Source: Guillardia theta CCMP2712
Taxonomy: Eukaryota; Protista; Cryptophyta
Length of the DNA stretch: 64,000 bases
Reading direction: 5' to 3'
NCBI RefSeq assembly: GCF_000315625.1
Contig: NW_005434636.1
Coordinates: 331,298-395,297 of the forward strand
A model generated the notes under the pieces. It did not search any database and had not been told where the DNA came from. It saw nothing but the letters and a program-made list of their open reading frames with translations. Below are positions 14,130 through 25,262 of this stretch, in pieces; position 1 is the stretch's first letter, and each line of letters starts with the position of its first letter. The translations under genes and the position numbers were made by a program.

Positions 14130-14964
14130 GGCCCCCGACCAGAGCCTGCCCCAGAGCAGACCTGAGAGCAGTGTGGGGATGAGGGTTCCACGCCAGGCCC
14201 GCTCAGGTTGCCGTTGAAAAATTCAAAAAGTATGCCGTTTTTTTGGGTCCCTTCTGCTAAGGGGGTAGGGGTACTTCAGGACACTGGTAGTACGGGAAAA
14301 ATTAGGCTGAAATGGGTGGGGTAAAGTCAAAATGGTACTGAGACGGGGTACTTTTGGATGAAATCTGTTCATGTATTCCTGGTGGGTACAATTAGGCACG
14401 GGTACTCAATTTTGTACGGGTGGTATTGTGAAAAATTGGGGGTGGTAGAGGGTTATGAATCTAGAGTTGGTGGGTTGGAGGCGGGGCAGGCGAGGAGGAA
14501 CGACAATGCAAGGAGTACAGGTAAGAAGAGCGCATACACGAGGAAGGAAGGAAAAGGAAATGGGTGATGGAGACGGCTTGAATGAGAAAGAGGAAGAGCT
14601 GTTTTGAGATGGAGTTTTGAATCTCTTGAACGGGACCTCGTGCTTCTAGGAATAGATTCATGATTGCAGTGAGACTATGGCAAAGTGAAGGATTAAATTG
14701 TGATCTCAGCATAACTCCTACTTACGTATGAACTGCATGTATTTGGATAAGACTTCGTCGTTTCCATGTAATTATTTTCACTGAGATGCTGTTGATGGCA
14801 GGCCTCTGGAACGTATTGATACTGACAGCCGAAATCAAGCACGAGCATGAGCCATATAGGTCTATTGCAATGTTTGAAATGCTCCTTGCTCACCATTTGC
14901 TCATTCAGATAGCAAAGAGAATTACAATCCACAGCGTTCCAGCATCGGAGAGAGCCTCAAACCC

Positions 14965-17900
14965 TTGAGATTGGTCTTCAATGACACAAGCCGAAGTTCC
15001 AACAGGAAGGACACGACAGGAAAGGCATTATGCTCTGTTGCTAGTGTGAAAAATGGTGCCAAATCTCCCAAGAATGGTCAACTTGGGAAAAAGAGAGGCC
15101 TTGCAGAGAAATGCTCTAGCCCTGAGAGGTCTCGTGCCAGTAAGCGAAGGACTACTTCGACACTATCAACGGCATTAGATGAAGTCGGAAATGCCGAAAC
15201 CCGATTGAGCTCTGCCTGCATAAAGCCAGCCCAAGCACTTCGCAAATCTGTGTGCTTGGAAAGGAATTTTTGTGAAGCTACGGCATTTCGCAGCGAAGCT
15301 TCAGGAAAGACTTTTGATGATATCGTGCAAACGAAGAGCAGGAAAGAGTTGTCGTTGACTCGCTGGATGAGCCATATCTTCCAAGAGGCATATAGCACTA
15401 ATCTAGTAGATGGAAATACGAAATCTCTCCGTACTCTCCAAACTGTGAGGCATGATGCTAGAGCAAGAGCTCAAATTAAGAGCATTTTACAGCAGCCCCA
15501 AATTGTGAAAGCCTTTCAGATGATTGAAAAAGAGGTCTCTGATGAAAAGCTATGCATGAGGGCTGACAAGAATTGTTGCACTGATGTTGGAATGCGTGAT
15601 TACCTGTTTCAAATCATTTTGAGTTTCAATTCAATTTGGCTCCGACCAGCATTGGAGGTCCTATTCAATCAGATCATTCCAAGGACGAATGCAGAAGACT
15701 CGATCAATCTTTACAGATTTTTGGCGAGCAATCTTACGAAGAATGCACAGCTTGCTGATAAGTTTGGAATTCAACGTAGCAACTCGGAACTGAATACTAA
15801 CAAGGAGTACTATAAGGAACTGCACAAGACTGTTTTATTGCGATTCTTGAAACTGGTTGTTGTCTTGGATGAATCTAAGGTTCAAAGCATAATCGACAAT
15901 GATCCCTGTTTGTTTCGAATTTCACAGTCGCTTCATGTTCCCCACGGACTCATCAACGCTATGACTCTAAAGTCTACTCGTGACGCCATTGCTATGTTCT
16001 CAAAAGAGTTTTTGAGCGGTGAGGGCGACTATTTCCGCCATCTTTCTTCCTTAGGAGCTACCTTTAAGTACCAACAGTTGCCTGTGGATGAGTACGACTA
16101 TTCGATCAAGAAACTCACCAGTGATCTTCAGAATGGTGTTGTACTCTGCAGAATGGTTGAAATCATTGCAAACAGAAAGAAAGAAATCATTCCAAGGTTG
16201 AGAGTTCCAACCGTGTCTAGGCTCAATAAGATCCACAACATGAATGTCCTGTTGGAGGTCGTGCAAAGCTATGGAGTACCCTCGAATAAGGATAGTGCCA
16301 AACTCCTTGTTGAGGGCAACCGTGACCTTCTCTTGCAATTGATACAGGACATCATATTCAAGATTCAGTTGCCGTTGCTGGTTGATACTGAATTGATTCA
16401 AATTGAAATATGCAGGATAAGGAAGTTGAGATCCAAGAGTGTAAAGGCAGCCCGCCCCATGGTCTTAGCATCAACAGCCGTCGACCTGATGCTGCAATGG
16501 TGTCAAACTATCTGCGATAGCTATGAAGTTACTGTCTCGGATTTTCAAAATTCATTCCACAGCTTTGTGGTATTTTGTCTTCTGGTAAATTTCTACTTGC
16601 CAGATATCATACCAAATCAGGCAATCAAGTTTGATTCTGACACTGGTGCCAAAGACAACTACGAGCTATTTTCCAATGCATTGGAAGAGATTGGCGGAAT
16701 CCCGCAAATTTTCAAATCTTCAGACAACTCAATTGTGGGCTTGGATGATTCGACTGCAATCATGTTGCTTGGATTTGTCTGCATGAAATTGATTGATCTT
16801 GGAAAAGACTGCAGGTCTGCAATGAGAATCCAACGAACATGGAGACAAATTCTGTACAAGCGGAGAATGGCTGCACAAGAACGCTCGGTTCTTGTTCTTC
16901 AGAGGTTTGTCCGCGGCGGGCTGCAACGGCTTCGATTTCAACGGATGAAAACTTCCGTATATCTGCTGAGGTCATCTATGGAAAGCAGTTTAATCAGGAG
17001 GAGCTACGCAAGCTTTCTGAATCGCGTGATTCACTTGCAGTCCTGGGTCCGCATGGTCTCAGCCACCAAGCAAATTAGTACGATGAGAATTGTATCAAAA
17101 TGCTTGAGCAATGGAACCTTGCGAATCAATGAGAGGCGTCAGCAAGTCTTGGAAATGAAACACAGGGAGCTTATAAGGGCAGTTGTCATTACCCAGAAAC
17201 TTCATCGGGGGAAGGTTGCCCGTACTGAGTTCAGAACTAAAAAGACCTCAACCATGATCCTGCAGAGAATTTGGAGAGGTCATTCTGTGCGAAGAAGTGT
17301 GCAGAAGATGGCTGCTGCTGCTCTTCGAATTCAGAAGAACTGGAGATGTCTTCAGCAAATGTTGTCGTACAGAAGAGCGCTGGAGAACATTATTAGTGTT
17401 CAAAGTCTTTGGAGAGGAGTTGTCCAGAAAGCAAACTTCTTACATTTGAAGAGCTGCACCATTCGTATACAAAGCCAATTTCGAACATTCTGTGCAAAGA
17501 GGATTCTAAAAGTGCTCCAGGCCAACCAAAGATTGGTAGCTGCACTGAAATGTAAGGATGCACGCTTCAAGTTGATGGATTTGAAGAAAAATGTAATATT
17601 TGCACAAAAAATGACAAGAGGATTCTTGAATCGGAATCATTTTCTGAATGTCAAACAAGCAGCCATTGTGATTCAAACGAATTTTCGTTGCCAAACCAAA
17701 AACAAACAATACATGAAACTGCGAAAGAGCACGATACAAATTCAGTCGCAGTGGCGAACGATCAATCAAAAAACACAGTACCAATTGCTAAGGCGATCAA
17801 CGATCAAAATACAGACTGCCTTCCGGAGACATGCAACATGTATGGCCTACAAACAGGCTCGCGGGCGGCTGATCAAGCTGCAGGCCCAGTACCGCAGCTA

Positions 17901-20382
17901 CAGTCAGCAGCAGGCGTACCTGCTGGCCAGGAAGAGGCTCATCCAGCTCCAGTCGGAGTGGCGACGCTACAGCGCGGTGCAGACGTACAAGGCGCAGAGG
18001 ACGAGCGCGATCAAGATCCAGGCGTGCTACAGGGGGTACTCGCAGGCCGTCGCCTACCAGCAGGCTCGCGGGCGGCTGATCAAGCTGCAGGCCCAGTACC
18101 GCAGCTACAGTCAGCAGCAGGCGTACCTGCTGGCCAGGAAGAGGCTCATCCAGCTCCAGTCGGAGTGGCGACGCTACAGCGCGGTGCAGACGTACAAGGC
18201 GCAGAGGACGAGCGCGATCAAGATCCAGGCGTGCTACAGGGGGTACTCGCAGGCCGTCGCCTACCAGCAGGCTCGCGGGCGGCTGATCAAGCTGCAGGCC
18301 CAGTACCGCAGCTACAGTCAGCAGCAGGCATACCTGCTGGCCAGGAAGAGGCTCATCCAGCTCCAGTCGGAGTGGCGACGCTACAGCGCGGTGCAGACGT
18401 ACAAGGCGCAGAGGACGAGCGCGATCAAGATCCAGGCGTGCTACAGGGGGTACTCGCAGGCCGTCGCCTACCAGCAGGCTCGCGGGCGGCTGATCAAGCT
18501 GCAGGCCCAGTACCGCAGCTACAGTCAGCAGCAGGCATACCTGCTGGCCAGGAAGAGGCTCATCCAGCTCCAGTCGGAGTGGCGACGCTACAGCGCGGTG
18601 CAGACGTACAAGGCGCAGAGGACGAGCGCGATCAAGATCCAGGCGTGCTACAGGGGGTACTCGCAGGCTGTCGCCTACCAGCAGGCTCGCGGGCGGCTGA
18701 TCAAGCTGCAGGCCCAGTACCGCAGCTACAGTCAGCAGCAGGCGTACCTGCTGGCCAGGAAGAGGCTCATCCAGCTCCAGTCGGAGTGGCGACGCTACAG
18801 CGCGGTGCAGACGTACAAGGCGCAGAGGACGAGCGCGATCAAGATCCAGGCGTGCTACAGGGGATATCGTCAGAAATTGGCGTATGCAGAGCTTCGTCGT
18901 GTGTCAATTCTTCTTCAATCTTTCTGGAAATGTGTGTTTTACCGCCATCAGTTTCTTTCGTGTAAGGTTTCGGCAGTCAAGCTTCAATCTGCGTATAGAT
19001 GCTTCACTCAATCCCGCCGTTTCAAGCATTTTCGACTTGTTGCCACATTTCTGCAGGCTCTGTATCGTGGTTTTGTTGCTCGCAGGTTCGTTCATCGATC
19101 AAAGGCTGCTCGAAGGATTCAGGCTATGTTTCGTTCGTACAGGCAGCAGAAGCTGTATCAGACTCTACGATCCTCAGCTGTTACGGTACAAAAGAACTTT
19201 CGAGCTTGGCAGCAAGAACGGTCGTTCCAGGCCGCCAGAGCTCGACTCATACAGCTTCAGGCTGTGTACCGCGGGCACAGGCAACATTCTATGTACATCC
19301 AGCTCAGAGATGCTGCCCTACATGTGGAGACATGGTGGAGGCAAGTCGCTGCTAAGAGGATGTACATCCATGCCCGCACGTCGGTCGTGAAGATCCAGGC
19401 CTGCTATCGAGGATGGCAAGCGCAGAGGCTCTTGCGTTGCATGAAATCTGCTCTTGTGATTCAGAGGATTTATCGAGGATACTCGACCAGGAAAGAACTT
19501 GCATCCCTGCATGTCAAAGCTGTTCAGCTGCAGGCAGTGTGGAGAGGATTCTTGGTAAGAAAGCAGGTAGCTGAATGGAAGGCTCGGATTCAGAAGGGAA
19601 GTTTGACCATCCAACGCATTTGGAGAGGGCATGTCGCACGCACCGTAGCAGGACAGCGCAGAAGCGCCATCGGAACCATCCAAGCTCATTACAGGGGTTG
19701 GATTGAGAGGAAGCGACTCTGGGACGCATGCCGTCAGCTCGCGACTAAAGCGAGGGAGTATCGTATGAGAATTGCTGAGGCTCAGAAGCAGGTGCAGGAG
19801 CACATGAAGCTTGGAAACCGCACGGCTCACAGTCTTGAGCTGCTGCTTGAGAGCACTTCAATCTCTTCCACAAGAAACGCCATCACGTCGCTGGAAATGG
19901 CTACACGATTGTCTGACGTTTGTGCTCAATGCACGGTGGAGTTGGGAGCGATCGAGAAGCTGTATGAGATCATGAGATCCTGCAACAGAAGCAAGCCTGA
20001 GCTGATGCTGGCGAAGCAGTGCCTGCAGACCCTCTCCAACTTCACCTTGTACAAGACGAGATTCCGCGATGATCTTTGCATCCTGCCTCTGACTGCAGAA
20101 GCGCTGGCGGAGTTCATTCAGAACATGAGGGAAGCTGATGAAGATGCGGTGCTGCTGGCCGTTGGACTCCTGAGATTCATCTGCACTGATGAGAGCAAGG
20201 CGTCTGAAATTGCTGCTCTCCCTTCTCGTGGCTCCCTGCCAACGCCCATGCACAGGTTGAACATGACGCTGAACATGCTGCAGAAGAAGATTCCAAAGCC
20301 TACCAACAATCGCAAACCCCAGACTCCAAAGCTGGTGGTGGAGCTGCAATCTCTAATTCAGGTCATCGGCCAGAATAAGTGA
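14965..20382 (+). CDS. ASPM: Abnormal spindle-like microcephaly protein homolog (ASPM/Asp): CH domains, many IQ motifs, C-terminal ARM-like region; true start probably in short upstream exons (~14660)
   Basis: 1805-aa ORF with DVG.R...LSFNSIWLRPALEVLF, LSGEGD..RHL..LG...Y.Q.P.DEYDY.I..L..DL.NGV.LCR.VE, LRVP.VSRL.K.HN, dozens of IQxxxRG motifs, and LGNRT..AL / CNRS.P at the C-terminus. All are ASPM hallmarks. Confidence 0.93.
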   Translation: MRLVFNDTSRSSNRKDTTGKALCSVASVKNGAKSPKNGQLGKKRGLAEKCSSPERSRASKRRTTSTLSTALDEVGNAETRLSSACIKPAQALRKSVCLERNFCEATAFRSEASGKTFDDIVQTKSRKELSLTRWMSHIFQEAYSTNLVDGNTKSLRTLQTVRHDARARAQIKSILQQPQIVKAFQMIEKEVSDEKLCMRADKNCCTDVGMRDYLFQIILSFNSIWLRPALEVLFNQIIPRTNAEDSINLYRFLASNLTKNAQLADKFGIQRSNSELNTNKEYYKELHKTVLLRFLKLVVVLDESKVQSIIDNDPCLFRISQSLHVPHGLINAMTLKSTRDAIAMFSKEFLSGEGDYFRHLSSLGATFKYQQLPVDEYDYSIKKLTSDLQNGVVLCRMVEIIANRKKEIIPRLRVPTVSRLNKIHNMNVLLEVVQSYGVPSNKDSAKLLVEGNRDLLLQLIQDIIFKIQLPLLVDTELIQIEICRIRKLRSKSVKAARPMVLASTAVDLMLQWCQTICDSYEVTVSDFQNSFHSFVVFCLLVNFYLPDIIPNQAIKFDSDTGAKDNYELFSNALEEIGGIPQIFKSSDNSIVGLDDSTAIMLLGFVCMKLIDLGKDCRSAMRIQRTWRQILYKRRMAAQERSVLVLQRFVRGGLQRLRFQRMKTSVYLLRSSMESSLIRRSYASFLNRVIHLQSWVRMVSATKQISTMRIVSKCLSNGTLRINERRQQVLEMKHRELIRAVVITQKLHRGKVARTEFRTKKTSTMILQRIWRGHSVRRSVQKMAAAALRIQKNWRCLQQMLSYRRALENIISVQSLWRGVVQKANFLHLKSCTIRIQSQFRTFCAKRILKVLQANQRLVAALKCKDARFKLMDLKKNVIFAQKMTRGFLNRNHFLNVKQAAIVIQTNFRCQTKNKQYMKLRKSTIQIQSQWRTINQKTQYQLLRRSTIKIQTAFRRHATCMAYKQARGRLIKLQAQYRSYSQQQAYLLARKRLIQLQSEWRRYSAVQTYKAQRTSAIKIQACYRGYSQAVAYQQARGRLIKLQAQYRSYSQQQAYLLARKRLIQLQSEWRRYSAVQTYKAQRTSAIKIQACYRGYSQAVAYQQARGRLIKLQAQYRSYSQQQAYLLARKRLIQLQSEWRRYSAVQTYKAQRTSAIKIQACYRGYSQAVAYQQARGRLIKLQAQYRSYSQQQAYLLARKRLIQLQSEWRRYSAVQTYKAQRTSAIKIQACYRGYSQAVAYQQARGRLIKLQAQYRSYSQQQAYLLARKRLIQLQSEWRRYSAVQTYKAQRTSAIKIQACYRGYRQKLAYAELRRVSILLQSFWKCVFYRHQFLSCKVSAVKLQSAYRCFTQSRRFKHFRLVATFLQALYRGFVARRFVHRSKAARRIQAMFRSYRQQKLYQTLRSSAVTVQKNFRAWQQERSFQAARARLIQLQAVYRGHRQHSMYIQLRDAALHVETWWRQVAAKRMYIHARTSVVKIQACYRGWQAQRLLRCMKSALVIQRIYRGYSTRKELASLHVKAVQLQAVWRGFLVRKQVAEWKARIQKGSLTIQRIWRGHVARTVAGQRRSAIGTIQAHYRGWIERKRLWDACRQLATKAREYRMRIAEAQKQVQEHMKLGNRTAHSLELLLESTSISSTRNAITSLEMATRLSDVCAQCTVELGAIEKLYEIMRSCNRSKPELMLAKQCLQTLSNFTLYKTRFRDDLCILPLTAEALAEFIQNMREADEDAVLLAVGLLRFICTDESKASEIAALPSRGSLPTPMHRLNMTLNMLQKKIPKPTNNRKPQTPKLVVELQSLIQVIGQNK
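17854..18863 (+). repeat. Coding tandem repeat, 207-bp unit (69 aa = 3 IQ motifs), ~4.9 copies
   Basis: Units start at 17854, 18061, 18268, 18475 and 18682. They are near-identical and differ only at synonymous sites. Confidence 0.97.
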
Positions 20383-20474
20383 AAGACGATGACTATTTCA
20401 CTCGTAGTGATAACTTCTAATCAACTCAACTAACAGAATTTGAAGTAAACAAACATGAAAATGATATCAAAAGA

Positions 20475-21263
20475 TTATCTGCGCTGTACACTCTCTAGCC
20501 ATTGCACCCTGCGCTGCAATGCTTCATTTTGTGTTTGCAGGGTACGAAACATTCGTTCCCACTCTGTCCTCTCCGATCTCATCGCCGTCGAGTTCTGCTC
20601 AGAACCTTGAAAGTGGTCGCGCAGTTGGGACCGGAGGGAGCTGATCGTATCCATGAGAAGAGCGATCTGCCCGTGCAGCCTGTCGTTCTCTTCGCGCATC
20701 TTTTGGTTGGAGTACTCAAGGTCACGATTAATGTGGCTGATTCTTGTAAGCTCTTCGTTAGCCGATTGAGCTGCTTCATGCAACCGAGCGTTTTCTCTCA
20801 GGATTTCACTCTGAATTCTGACCATGCTATCATGCTTCTCCTTCCCGAGCTTGACGTACTTGACGAGCTGAACTTGCGGTCAGCAGCAGCCAATCTGAGG
20901 TGAGCTTACCTCCTGCTCGTGTTCGCTCTGAATTCGCGAGCGAGATTCGCTTTCGTTGAGCTCGATGCTCAGTTGCGACACCTCCTTCTGCTTGTCGTGC
21001 ATTCTGTCACGCAAGCTCACCTCTCCTACTCGGATAGCAAGCATCTCCTGCTGCAGGCTGTTGTTGAGCTCCTCCTGCCTCTGAAGCTCCTCCATGTACG
21101 CCAGTTCCATCGTCTTCACACAAGGAAGACACTTCCATGGGATCCCCGACTTGTTCCCGTCGCATCCCCGGCAGAAAGGAGACCGAGGAACTCGCATCTT
21201 CCACTTGACCTCGAGGCTCTTGCTGCTCGTGCTCGTTCGGGAGTAGCCTGTAGATGCCGCCAT
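20475..21263 (-). CDS. Coiled-coil protein with N-terminal CxxC..CxxC, at least 2 exons
   Basis: ORFs 20880-21263 and 20475-20825 are joined by a short intron. CRGC...CLPC is followed by heptad-rich E/L/Q sequence. Confidence 0.55.
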
Positions 21264-21907
21264 GGTCGAGCGAGAGCCTCTGAACGCAAGTCAGTCGCCA
21301 TGCACGATCAACATCGATTCTCATTGGTCTCGAGCGATTCCCTCAAACGCATCTCCTTCATCGTGACGAGAGAACAAGATCGGAGAGAAAGATAAACGAT
21401 TTCAATCCACAAACTTGGCTGAAATAACATGGTAGCTCTCCCTCCCTCCCTCCCTCCCTCCCTCCCTCCCTCCCTCCGAGACCCTCCCTTCCTCATGTCC
21501 CTCTTACCATCTCCACACTTTTGCACTCCACCTGTCCCTGTACCTCCCTCACCTTCTCCCTCTCCCTCCTGCTCCTGCTAATTCTCATTATCGCTCATCT
21601 CCTCACCATGAAGAAGAAGCATCCCCCCAAGTCCTTCCCTCCTCTCCCATTCCTCATAACTTAGCCAGGCTCACTCTCCTGCTTGTCTTCCTCCCTCCCC
21701 CTTCTCCCTCCCCTTCCACTTGTCTCCCTTGCCCTCCACTTATCTCCCTTGCCCTCCCCTGATGTCTCTTCATCTGTCCCGCCATCGCGCCAGTCCTCCA
21801 TTGCTCGTAGCAACCCACGGCCTGACTTTACTCTATTTGCTCTCTCCCGGTCCTGCTGTCCGCCTGCTCATCTCAAGCTCGCCTCAGCGCTGGAACCACG
21901 CGTCGAC

Positions 21908-23906
21908 ATGGCTGATGCAGGCGAAACCCCCAGGTGGGAATCGGTCAATGCAGGCAGGCGAGCAGGCAGGCGAGCAGGCAGGCAGGCAGGCAGGCAGGCG
22001 CGAAGGAAGGAAGGAGGGAGATAGGTGTGGAGCGAGCGAGCGAGGGGATGAGGCAAGAACAGCAAAGTAGGTTGAGGTGGACAGGATGACATGAGCACTT
22101 GAGGTCCTCGGTGGTCAGCGGGAGCGAGAAGCTCATGCAAGAGAGGAGACCTGGTGGTTGTGGTCGGAGCATGACGTTTGTGCAGCCTTGAGATGTCTGG
22201 CCGAAGGAGACAAGGGCTGCAGGTTCTTTGGCTTCTTCAACACCATGGAGTTCTGATCTTCCTTAGCAGTCGCCGGCTATGAATCCGACGTCTCAGGCAA
22301 TCGTTGCTAGACTGCAAAAATGTGTCTCCTGACAAACCTGTGACCTGCTTCCAGTGGGACGAAATCACAAACTCCGGTGCTCCGCCTGTCCGTGGTCTCT
22401 GAAACGAAGAGATGTCTGTTCCCCTCACATGACATTTCAGGACGAGAAAATGAGTTGGAGGAGAAGCGAACTCTGGCGGCACACGGCAAGGGCATCCGAG
22501 TTAAAGAAGATGAATCCACAGAGGACGAGGCGCTGCTGGCGAGGTCTCTTGTTCTCTCCTGCGCTTGTTGCTTTCTGAGAAGCATGTGATACAGAGAAGC
22601 GTTGTCGACAGGTTCTCAGAGTTCCACGAATGTGGGGATTCCCAGATACTTCCGAGCTTCTTGGCCGAGTCTCTTGCATCAGATCATGTTCATCATACGG
22701 CCATCCACTGACATCTACATTGTACTGATGGCCTTCTATCTCAACTTCGGAGGTCCTCATTCGGCTGCGGCAAGCGAGTTTTCGATGTGGGGTTTCTTGA
22801 ATCGTCATAGATTCTTTTTCATCTGGATACCATTTCTGTGGAGATTGTTTCAGAGTTTTATTCATTTCCTTCTTTCATTAGCGATCATTCCCGCCCCCTT
22901 GATATACAACGAGGGCCCTTTGCTCCGATTCTATCCCAAATGGCTGCAAAATTCCATTGCGGAACCTAATGCGTACCGGGAGATTTTGAGGCCCAGGCTA
23001 GAGAGCTTCGGGGGCATTTCGATACAGATCGTGACACCAGATGGAGTTTTGCTCGATGCCATGTACTTTCGTGGATGGAACTGTAGAATTGATGGACCAA
23101 CAATAATCAGGTTCAACGGAAATGCGGAGGCTATCGAGCTTCAGGATCCATATCTTCCCCAAGTTTATGTTCAGAACGGATTCAACTTTGTCATGTTCAA
23201 CTACAGAGGAGTGGGCAGGTCAAAGTGGTCGAGCCTCTACGGAAACGAACTTGCAGGCCACCTTTACGGGCTGTGGCGCACTCCTGCTATTGTTGGAACA
23301 CATTTGGACGCATGGAGTCTTGTGGAGTACGTGATGAAGGAGCTGAGAGTGGATCCGAGTCATGTCATTCTTCTTGGGCACTCCATTGGGGGTGCCATCG
23401 CAACAAAGCTTGCCGCAAACTTCACGACAGGGCCCTTGACGCTATGCAGCTCGAGGTCGTTCGCTTCATTAGTGGAAGTTGCTGTGCACTTATCGCCCAA
23501 CTACCTTGGATTCCATCCTAGTTCTTGGAAGGCAAGATGGCTCAAAAAGGTTGCCCGTGCCCTTCTGCATGCTGCTGGATGGGAGTTCAACAGCGTGTCG
23601 AACTGGCACAAGGTCAAAGGCTTCAAGTGGATTGAGTACAGCGGTTCAGATCACATCATTCCTTACGACTTGTCACTGCATGCAGCTCTTATGGCATCGC
23701 CTACCGTGAAGAGAGAGCAGATGAGAGTGTTAGCCCTGTTAGACGATGCCAGCGTGGATAATCACAATAGGGTGCTGTATGACGACGAATTCCTTCAGGT
23801 GAGTGATAGCTTTCTTTGAATTCCCCTCTAACTATGAGGATGGTTTCAGCATTTGCAGTATGCAAAAGAGGCATGTGCTCTCTCCACCGTCAGAGATGAG
23901 GTCTAG
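21908..23906 (+). CDS. Alpha/beta hydrolase (ABHD13/ABHD17-like serine hydrolase) with N-terminal hydrophobic segments; 5' exons uncertain
   Basis: TPDGVLLDA, IIRFNGNAE, FNYRGVGRS, nucleophile GHSIGG, SRSFASL, acid DHIIP and histidine DNHN. Confidence 0.8.
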
Positions 23907-24501
23907 ATTAATGGACACACAGCCACAAGTCAGCGGAATGGATGGTGCATTTATTTGAGTAGAGATGTGAAATAAACGAACAGAACTGGCAATTCAGATG
24001 TTTAATCTACAGTATTACAAGAATTCTCCACACTATATTACACATTCAAGAAGTTTTGCTTAGTATACATCATGATGCGCTGCTCGGTCGTAATGAAGTA
24101 TTCAACGCTAGTACCTGCTGCAAACAATCAGAGAAATCCACAAAGGAAAAGTGAAACGAATGGGAAAGAGGGCCATCAGTAAAAAATTAGAGTGTTTGAC
24201 AGTTCTCTCATAGACTCGCTCAACACATTGTTTCCTCCTTTGGCTCTTTTCTCTCCATTGATTTTCTCCACAAGCCCCTTCCGCTCACCTCCGTCTCGCG
24301 GTTGTCGCGCATGGCATCCAGACGGCACGTGCGGACTAAAGGCTCCGAGTACTACCGTAGTCACCTCTAGCCGCTGACCGAGAGTCGGGCCCCCGGCCGG
24401 TGCCCGTCCCGGCCCGGGCCCGCCCGGCGGTGCCGCAGGTGACTCCCGGCACTGCCACACTGCCGACCCCGCGCGGCCGCTGACGAGATTCGTAAGGCCT
24501 C

Positions 24502-24539
24502 TTTACTCAAAGTTAAGTTAAAGATCAGTACGAGGACAA
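24502..24539 (+). repeat. Dispersed 38-nt intergenic motif, copy 1 (TTTACTCAAAGTTAAGTTAAAGATCAGTACGAGGACAA)
   Basis: Matches the copies at 30394-30431(-), 33485-33510(-) and 45129-45157(+). Confidence 0.85.
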
Positions 24540-25262
24540 GGTAAGGAATGTCCTAAACCCAAAAGTCTGCTCATGGCTCTAGGCTCAGTCACTTTCAGCA
24601 GAGTAGCCGGAGGAGGCTAAACTTCCATGTAGATCAGTTTGAGCTCCGAAGTCCGATCGGACGGCTAGTAGAGGCGCTTTTGTTGAGTGAACTCCCGGGC
24701 TGAGGGGGACGGGATGTGGAGGCAGTGGTGCCAGATTGATGACACATGATGACAAAGGTCTGACTTCACAAGTTACCGAAAGAGAATGATTTCAAGTGCA
24801 GAAGGTCAGTAAAGGCATACAAACTCGTTTTCACTTACCGCTTGCAGGTTTAGCAATCTCCAAAAGTTCAGTTTTCACATTCACTTTGTCATCTGCAACC
24901 CCTTTTGGGTGGTTCCTTGCATGGCCCTGAGACTCACCCCTTCTCAGAAGCCTCATACGTAGGGTAGGGGCCTTCTCCCAGTTACTACCTGCTGACGAGT
25001 GTGCTCAAAACCCCACCACCCTCTCCGAGCCAGTCCTTTTCAAATGTATCCCCTTGTACCCATATGTTTGCCTAGAACACACCCCTTGTATTCCATTTCC
25101 CCACCCCTCGGAGGGACCACCCACCCTACTTCCGTCCTTCCCTGCTGACCAAATATATAACCAAGGAGGTAGTGCGAACAAACAGGAGCAGGAAAACAAG
25201 AGCAGGCACGTAGAATAGCAAAAGAGAGCTACAGCAAACTTGGTGAACTGATCAGTGACAAC

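Noticed and set aside
17688-18965. 425-aa alternative-frame ORF overlapping ASPM
   Set aside because: It stays open only because the GC-rich 207-bp unit has no stop in that frame. There is no independent evidence.
2226-20382. Ciliary/centrosomal gene cluster (IFT27, channel, ASPM)
   Set aside because: Unrelated genes are interspersed, so proximity is plausibly chance without synteny data.
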